DNA of 60,283 nt, counting the filler, from Nemertoderma westbladi (Eukaryota > Animalia > Xenacoelomorpha), in assembly GCA_032718475.1 (NCBI GenBank). It is 3 parts of 3 records of this genome, joined end to end, with 100 filler letters (N's around TTAATTAATTAA, not from the genome) between each part and the next. Parts side by side here need not be neighbours in the genome. Positions count along the whole stretch, not along the records: positions 50,367 to 60,283 come from JAUCBJ010004359.1; 2 more parts are not named here. One strand, given 5' to 3'. Numbering within the stretch: the first letter of the stretch is position 1; each line of letters opens with the position of its first letter. The position numbers were made by a program, and so were the translations under genes. The notes beneath the pieces were generated by a model. The model saw only the letters and a program-made list of their open reading frames with translations, ran no database searches and was not told the DNA's origin. Below are positions 52,789 through 60,283 of this stretch, piece after piece.

Positions 52789-55245
52789 TGGGGCGAGCCA
52801 CGAAGTGAGTGGGGCGAGCCACGAAGTGAGTGAGCCTTAGCGTAGTGGTACCATTAATCAACCTGTCGTTCTGTCGTTCTGTCGTTCTGTCGTGTTCAAT
52901 TTTAAACGTTAATAACTCGGCCAATCTTTGATGAAATCTATCCAAACTTGGTACACATGTTGTATGGCAAAAGTTTAGAAATTTTCCAAGTAGAATTTCC
53001 GTGTGGCCTTCGAGAAGCTAAGATAATAGCAGTTAATTAGTTAATTAAGTTGATTACGGTAAAAACACCATTTTCAACCTGCCTTTTAAAGGAAATTAAT
53101 TGTTTTACAGTATAAGACTTCAATAATTATACTTAAAAAATATACAGATGTAATCCGCATACTCCATTCTATTATAGTTTTTAATTAGTTCAAGTGATTT
53201 GCTTTAATAATCGTGTCTTTAATTGATCTAAAGTAATTAAACCGGCATAAAAAATGTATTCTCATTAAATACTGCTCATTTATTGGTTAACATCCAAGTT
53301 GGCTTGATTCCCAGCAACACTTGAGGTATTCAGTCAGCCTTGCTTGTAAGAGGCAGACTGCTGCTGCTGCTAGTAGCCATCCATTCACTCACTCTCCATT
53401 GAACTGGCTGATTGGAGGTGTGTGTGTATCGGGTTCAATGACATTAATATTATTACTAAAGTAACGTCGGGATGTTAATATTCACTGGAGCTATGAGTCT
53501 CTCTGGTTAGTTGAATGAATGAAATAAATAATTGTTTTACTGTTCCGAATATCAATGTTTATTTCTGTAGGCCAACTTACTGTATTATTATTTAATCTAA
53601 ATGTACATAATAGTTTAAATAAATTATTTCACAATTTCATTCCAATTCATACTGCTTACGCAACCATGCTAATTAGGTATATTAAATGGCAGGATTGTTT
53701 TTAATTAAAATTTTTACAGAGCAAACAAGTATATTGTATTTAACTGAAAGTTAATTTATTTCGGTAAGTAGGCCTTGCGGTTTGTTAGTTTAGTTAGTAT
53801 AATAAGTATCAAATATATTACGTGCTGCTGTACAGTAAACGCGGCTTTGCGTTATTGAATTACAGAATTGGCGGTACAAAGTACATTAATAGGGATCAGG
53901 CATATTGCATTTATATAATTGTTGTTGTAAATGTACAATAATATGCGCCACTTTTATTTTAGTAACTGCAATGTGTATTTCATTTGTACCTGCAACCCAT
54001 TAAAAAGGGCAGCTGAACATATCGCGGACAGGCTGACTATTCACCATAACAAAAAAACCCAAATCGCCGCAGTTCCACTTACAGTTCCATATTATTCTGT
54101 TTTGCAATTTAACCCAATTTATCTGCTCTCTGCTACACGCGGTTTTATCCACGAGTTTTGTAAAGTCCCGACTTATCGGGAATGACATGAACTTAGCGTC
54201 CGGAATATTCTGATCAGATTAAATCTACTTGGCGCTGTAATACTGCATCCCGTTGTACCAGAAGTTATTAAAACATACCGGCCCCTCAAATGCGCTTGCA
54301 GTGGGTTAGAGAACAACATATACCGCCCCAGTACAACCGCTATTTTGATAAGGTCCAATATATAATATATATATATGGTCTAACATATGATAGTTCACTA
54401 ATCAGCTAATAGGCCTATTAATTCGTGAGATTTCAATTTATAAATAAAACTAATATACGAGCTCATATGAGCTCAATTGATTGATTGATTGAAGGTATGA
54501 CCGTTGTTGTGGGGGACTAGGTCTACCTGTCTAGCAGCTAATAACTCGTCCGTGGAGAGAATAATATAAGTCGAGGAACACAACGAAACGCGTTTAATTT
54601 ATTTATTTATTCCAATTGGGGATGCTTTCTAACGCGGGAATGCGGTGCTATTAAACATCAACACATTCCTGCGCGTGCGTCGATATTGTGCACCCTAATA
54701 CTAACAACCCACCCAGACACCCCCTACCCCTCACCCAACATTACTATGTATAGATCAATGCAGCTCAATATATTAGTAAAGGTATCGTCTGATTAGCTTT
54801 CCTACACATGACCTCTTATCCTTGTAGTTGTTTATTTATTTACACTATTTTTTGTTGAGTAAATCTTTCTGATAGGGGGGGGGGGGGGGGGGGGGGACTT
54901 ACTCTGGACGAGCGCAACGATTGAACGACGCTTATAATAATTAAGACGAGTACGGCGTTGATTATATTCATATACACCACCTGGCTTTGCATATTTAACG
55001 TGCGATTGGAAATAAGTTCGTTCTACCCTTCCGTGGGTGGTAGATGTCACGGTTATGTATTGGTGGTTGAGAAGGGTGGGGGGGGGGGGATTAAAAGGGG
55101 TGAACACGTACTGTCCCCCTTTCTTTGATTGATTGGTGGTGTGGGTAAATTTCTCAAAACCTGATTTTGTGATACAGTCGCTTAATTTTAATTTGTATCT
55201 CATAACTGGACCTCGTGCTGCGCGAAGGCCCCACGAACGTGTGTG
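52789..55245 (+). mobile_element. Long HINE-like element (2.45 kb)
   Basis: Duplicated 5' GGGGCGAGCCACGAAGTGAGT, then (CTGTCGTT)n, the CCAAACTTGGTACACA core, and 3' CCTCGTGCTGCGCGAAGGCCCCACGAACGTG. Both ends match the copy at 3174-3895. The interior may be nested or captured DNA. Confidence 0.55.
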
Positions 55246-55712
55246 TAATGTACTTCCTTGTACTACAGTATGTCTGTACAACGGCATTCTAATCAACAAC
55301 ATGCTCAGAAGGCCGTCGTGCTCCTGATGTCCTGGTCTGTGTGTAAATTATTGTACTGTATTAGTATTAAAGGTCGCCTTTGCATGTCCGTGAGACTTGT
55401 GACGTCCAGAGGCATGTCACTTACAGTATGTCAGTACTTACTGCTGTACTGCAGTATGTTGTATTCCAAATCTTGTACTAATTGTACCGGTCAGCTCAGC
55501 TGTAGGGGTTACCCGTTACCGTAGCTGCGTAGCCCTCTAGCAACCTACTACAGACGAATCGCTTTTGGATTTACCCTTACGCCTTAGGCTCTACCAGTCT
55601 ACTCTACACGCGCCCTAGGCGGGCCTACCGTCAGACCTTCCATGGTTACCCTAAACCAATCCGTATTCCATACTGACACACACCAAACTTCCAAATTGAA
55701 ATAGCCAACGAT

Positions 55713-57842
55713 ATGGATTCGAATGAACTGAAGGTTTGCCAGAACTGTCGGCGTGCAATTTCTACGTTAAACTACGCGACGCACATACTTCATTGCGAAC
55801 GTAATATAGTCTTGTGCAAAGTATGCGAAGAGCCAGTCCCGTCAGCTACTATAGGAGAGCATATCGCAGAGGAACATGCGACCGTTACCTGCGGAAAGTG
55901 CAATGCTGTGGTTGAAAAATCCGACTTAGAAAAGCATAACGCCAACTTGTGCCCCTTCCGGAGTGTTATCTGTAAATACTGTAACATTGATACTCCATTT
56001 AACGTACGCGATGAGCACGATCGATTTTGTGGTTCTAGAACAGAACAATGCGAAACGTGTCTCAGGTATATCCCACTGAGGGATGCAGCTTCGCATCGTG
56101 GTTGCGAAGCTCCCGTTAATGTGGCGTGCGAGTTCTGTGGGTTGGAGTGCGTTTGGGAGGAGTTAGCCGAGCACGAAGCGTACTGTGGTGCAAAAACGGA
56201 AGAGTGTGGGGAGTGCGGGGTGTTGGTGATGCAGCAGGAAAGGGGGGCGCATATAGCCGGGGTTTGTGGGGGGGCAGTGGGTGGGAGGCCGAGTGGGGAC
56301 ACCGGAGAGAAACGGTTGGGTGGGGTCGGTATGGGAGGTGCGTCTACCACAAACGGCGGTGCGTTTAACTCCACCAGCGGTGCGTTTAACCCCACCAGCG
56401 ATGCGTTTAACCCCACCAGCGATGCGTTTAACCCCACCAGCGGGGCTACTAGTACCGGTGCTACCTCCTTCCCGGTAGATGATCCCTTAAATGCCCCCGG
56501 TGTGATGGAGGCTTTGTTGGAAGACAGTTTAAACTTTTATCCTCTGGAACCCAACAATTTTGATCGATTGTCTGTCTATGAACACCAACAGCGTTCCAAC
56601 AACAATAATAGTTTGCGGAAGGACTCTGGTGGGTGGGGCGAGCCTACAGTAGTGTCGGACTTTAACCCATCCAACACCACCCAACGGGGGGACTCTCACT
56701 CAGACTTGGACCATCTTATCGCCTCGCAACTGGCCATCGACGACAGCGACCACCCTGTTTCCCCGGTAACAGGTCTCTCGAAGGAAGCTACTCGACTTCC
56801 CTGCGAGTTCTGCGGTGTTCTTCTCGACTCCAACCAACTGATTCCGCACCAGTCGCTGTGTGAATCAGACCCACGAGAGAGCCCTGCACCTCCAACTGAC
56901 CCATACAACGCCCGCAGACAACCGGCTGCCATCACACCTAATTCTAGAACAGGCGCAGTCCCGAAATCGCCAATATACCGCCGCGTAAAAGCGACCCCAT
57001 TGGTTGGTAGTTCCCACAGCAACGCGACAACCCCAGGGAGACTCCCTGCAGCTAGTTCCCATAGCAACGCGACAACCCCTGGAAGACTCCCCGCAGCTAG
57101 TTCCCATAGCAACGCGACAACCCCTGGGAGACTCCCCGCAGCTAGTTCCCATAGCAACGCGACAACCCCTGGTAGACTCCCCGCAGCTAGTTCCCATAGC
57201 AACGCGACAACCCCTGCGAGACTCCCCGCAGCTAGTTCCTATAGCAACGCGACAACCCCTGGGAGACTCCCCGCAGCTAGTTCCCATAGCAACACAATGA
57301 CCCCCGGGAGACCTCCCTTGACTCGCACCCAGTTGGCCTCGCAACCAGTTCAGCCCCACGCCTCTACCGGCAGTAAGACGAAACCGGCCCCTGTAGTGCG
57401 GCCTGTTCGAACAGTTAATGTAAAACAGAGCGGTGGTAGTCGCCCAGTAGTGGTGGGGAGTAGTGGTGGGCGGGATGTGGGGGGGAGTGTTGGTGGTGGT
57501 GGGCGGGATGTGGGGGGGAGTGTTGGTGGTGGTGGGCGGGATGTGGGGGGGAGTGTTGGTGGTGGTGGACGGGGTGTGGGGGGGAGTGTTGGTAGTGGTG
57601 GACGGAGTGTTGGGGGTGGTGGTAGTCGCACTGTTACTATTGGAAACAGGGTGTCTTCAAATCGGCCCGGCCCATCCCCTATAGCTATAAATCGGCCCGG
57701 CCCTTCCACTCCATCTACTCATCGGCCTATACATGCCACTCTGTCTGGACCCCGGCTCACCCAAGAGACTGGCTACAGACTCGGTGGTCGTAGAATTGGT
57801 CCCAATAACTCCAGACTAATTAATACGAATGAACCTGAATAG
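55713..57842 (+). CDS. TRAFD1: TRAF-type zinc-finger protein, TRAFD1/XAF1-like, 709 aa, intronless ORF
   Basis: N-terminal CQNCRRAI...HILHCERNIVLCKVCEEPV, repeated CEFC...HEAYCGAKTEECGEC fingers, and an isolated LPCEFCG...LIPHQSLC finger, as in the TRAFD1/XAF1 family. Low-complexity tail. Confidence 0.85.
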   Translation: MDSNELKVCQNCRRAISTLNYATHILHCERNIVLCKVCEEPVPSATIGEHIAEEHATVTCGKCNAVVEKSDLEKHNANLCPFRSVICKYCNIDTPFNVRDEHDRFCGSRTEQCETCLRYIPLRDAASHRGCEAPVNVACEFCGLECVWEELAEHEAYCGAKTEECGECGVLVMQQERGAHIAGVCGGAVGGRPSGDTGEKRLGGVGMGGASTTNGGAFNSTSGAFNPTSDAFNPTSDAFNPTSGATSTGATSFPVDDPLNAPGVMEALLEDSLNFYPLEPNNFDRLSVYEHQQRSNNNNSLRKDSGGWGEPTVVSDFNPSNTTQRGDSHSDLDHLIASQLAIDDSDHPVSPVTGLSKEATRLPCEFCGVLLDSNQLIPHQSLCESDPRESPAPPTDPYNARRQPAAITPNSRTGAVPKSPIYRRVKATPLVGSSHSNATTPGRLPAASSHSNATTPGRLPAASSHSNATTPGRLPAASSHSNATTPGRLPAASSHSNATTPARLPAASSYSNATTPGRLPAASSHSNTMTPGRPPLTRTQLASQPVQPHASTGSKTKPAPVVRPVRTVNVKQSGGSRPVVVGSSGGRDVGGSVGGGGRDVGGSVGGGGRDVGGSVGGGGRGVGGSVGSGGRSVGGGGSRTVTIGNRVSSNRPGPSPIAINRPGPSTPSTHRPIHATLSGPRLTQETGYRLGGRRIGPNNSRLINTNEPE
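57009..57310 (+). repeat. In-frame 45-bp coding repeat (SSHSNATTPGRLPAA x ~6.5)
   Basis: Units start at 57009, 57054, 57099, 57144, 57189, 57234, 57279. Confidence 0.92.
57465..57625 (+). repeat. In-frame 33-bp coding repeat (RDVGGSVGGGG x ~4)
   Basis: Units start at 57471, 57504, 57537, 57570. Confidence 0.9.
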
Positions 57843-57898
57843 TTGGACTGTTCCTCAAACATTACCTACAAACAATACATTGGGGTCGTCCTATTCTA

Positions 57899-58136
57899 CA
57901 GGGTGTTCCATAATGATTGCCTAAATATTTTTTTAATTGTGATTAAATCAAAAATATTGAAAAATAAGATTGGTTTAAAGAATTGCCTATAAATTTTTTA
58001 TACTTTTGTATTGGACCCTAAATTTTTGCTTGCAAGCTCCGAATTAAATTCCCTTTCGAATGATATATTACACTAAGATGCATGTCTGGCAGTTTTGGGT
58101 GGCCAGGGGGGGCGGCAATCATTATGGAACACCCGG
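57899..58136. mobile_element. Tc1/mariner-type MITE (238 bp) just downstream of the TRAFD1-like stop
   Basis: TIR CAGGGTGTTCCATAATGATTGC / GCAATCATTATGGAACACCCGG with TA on both flanks. Confidence 0.85.
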
Positions 58137-59149
58137 TACAAACATTACATATACATATTGGTGGTTATATATTATTACAATGTAATGCCCAAGTTATGTT
58201 AGTTATAAATAACCTAATCAGTTGTTGTTCCTATTCGACATCCAATACATTATATTTATAAATATTATTTTCTTATAATTAGTAGTTATATAGTTTATTT
58301 ATTAGCACTTATTTTTACATCTTTATTATGTTGATTTTATGATTAAGTTGCTTTAATATATTTTTGGTATATTCACACATTCCTAACACTTGATTTCCAT
58401 GTAACTAACAGACTTAATTTTCTTGATTGGCGAGGGAAATTCAGATCCAACTAATAGTTGGGACTTTTTGTGAACTTCTGGACTTATTGAACAATTTGAT
58501 AGAAGCACAACTTGGAACTTTATACATTGTCCAAGTCGGTGATGTGATGGTTGAGGCTTGTATGTTATATTTCAAACGTACAGGTTGAGTTTTGTCACAA
58601 ACGAGTAAGACATGTCTCTGTTTGCACACGGGCAGACCCGATGTTTGCGGGGAGTCCTAGACCACCGCCCAGTCTCAATCTAAGGTAGTGGCTTGACAGT
58701 CGTAGTCTCGTAAAGCAGACACGTATGTTATCCGGTATGTAAACCCTATTTGCACCATATCATGCTTTACTAAGCTGTTATTAAATGAAAGATACGTCAT
58801 TAAAGCTTAGTGTGTGAACCAGAATTACTACGTATATAAGATTTAGTTGCATTAATCCACCTGAATAAAATCAATAGACATAGTTAAACAATCGTCTAAT
58901 ATTTTAATTCCGGGCATATGGGTTGATCTGCACAACTCCCACGTAAAAGCTAAGGGAGTTTCACTGTTAGTTTCTAGGGTGCCGGTACTAAATTTGGTAA
59001 GAAAAAGTTTACGAGTGGTGGGATATCAGCGCCTCAACTCTAGGTAGGCCTAATTCAACCAAACAAACATGGTTACTCGTAACACCTAGTAAAAATTTAA
59101 CGCATATCATGTACAAAGTTGCAACACCCTTATATGAACCCTTTTGCCA

Positions 59150-60283
59150 AGCTTCGCAGCTATGCAACTGAGGCTAAAATACAATGGTGAAATACTTTGA
59201 ATTTCATTTCAAAGGGCATGTGTTGTTTCGGTGTAGAAAAGCTGAAAACTTTAGCATATTGGCCGCCTTCTACATAATCGGCCTGCAGAATTGAAGCTGC
59301 AGGTGTTGTCTTAACAAAAATATTTTTGAAATACCATGCAATTGGCATGCGCTGCTAATGCTACTTGCACCGCGACAAGGCCAGTGTGCTTTAGGGGGCG
59401 TCTCAAGAAACCCATGGGCTATCCACCATACTTATTTTCTCCACGAGGACGCCAAAGCACTAGATTGTGCAAAGGCTGGTCCTCACGGCGAAAACACGGC
59501 GACAACAATGTCCTGTGAAGCGGAGGCGGCTTTGTGTCCAAATGCTCAAGCATACCATTCTTTGAGCTTATGCTAATAATACGATCAGACGTTTCCTGAG
59601 GACTTTTGAAGTTAGCTCTCAAAATGTTGGTCTTCTTGGAGTTAACAAAAATACCAACACTAGAAGCAGCATGTTTCATGAACCATTGGGCTCCCTCTAG
59701 TGATTCCGAAAGTACTCTTAAGTCATCGGCAAAGCATAGATCTTGGCAGGATTTCCTTGACTTTGGGGCCAGTACGGATGGGGTGGTGTTACCATCACCC
59801 CATCGTCATTATGATGATCTAAGGACATGTGTAGAACATAGTCAACCACAATTAAGTATGAACAAGAATGGTGCAAGTGTGTCTCCCTGGAGGACTCACC
59901 TTAAAATTAGAATGGATCTGTCACCATCAAAAGTAGACACAAAATGTTGTCGAACCATCGTATACTGCTCTGATTGCTGCAATAATTTCATCGGGAATCC
60001 CATAAATGAAAGTATGAAACTGAACAATCGTGAATGAGAGACTGAATCGACGGCCTTGAAGAAGTCAACAAAGATAACAGCCAGATGTGTGTCTTTCTTG
60101 ATAACTCTTAATAGTTGTAACTCAATATGTATGATCTCAATAATAATAAAAATTACCCAAGAATGTGCCATAAATGGAATAGGTTATGAATGGCTCCACC
60201 TAGTAATCTCTCAATGGGATCCCTTATGCCATTTAATCGACAACTAGCACAAGCTGTGTACGAATTTCCACAATAGAATCCCT
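59150..60283 (-). mobile_element. Degenerate RTE-like LINE, RT and C-terminal region, running off the window end
   Basis: The minus strand reads AVIFVDFFKAVDSVSH, VLQGDTLAPFLF and DLCFADDL, with frameshifts and stops. Confidence 0.85.

Overview
Eukaryotic (metazoan-like, probably invertebrate) genomic DNA: AT-rich, intron-containing, very rich in transposons, with two 100-bp assembly gaps. Host genes I can support: (1) a multi-exon coiled-coil/Tyr-rich gene on the minus strand (653-8940, 5' end unresolved), which I assembled from phase-consistent GT-AG exons and which the ORF track mostly misses; (2) RBBP4/RBBP7 (RbAp48/46 histone chaperone), two coding exons, minus strand; (3) a disrupted TTLL-family (tubulin ligase-like) sequence; (4) a single-exon four-TM MARVEL-like gene; (5) a single-exon TRAFD1/XAF1-like zinc-finger gene. 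Most of the rest is mobile DNA, much of it delimited by TIRs/LTRs and target-site duplications. It includes two non-autonomous hAT-type elements (one with G-rich minisatellite arrays inside both ends, one a foldback with a solo LTR inserted), an internally deleted ISL2EU-like element with YqaJ-nuclease and transposase remnants, a piggyBac-type element, a THAP/P-element derivative, a decayed GalEa-like Copia LTR retrotransposon, an Academ-like remnant, RTE-like LINE fragments, tRNA-derived SINEs, MITEs, and a dispersed Helentron/DINE-1-like family carrying CTCF-like motifs. I see no prokaryotic-type system (no CRISPR, no operon). The strongest novelty candidates are the unannotated coiled-coil gene with microexons and several unusual repeat/transposon architectures.
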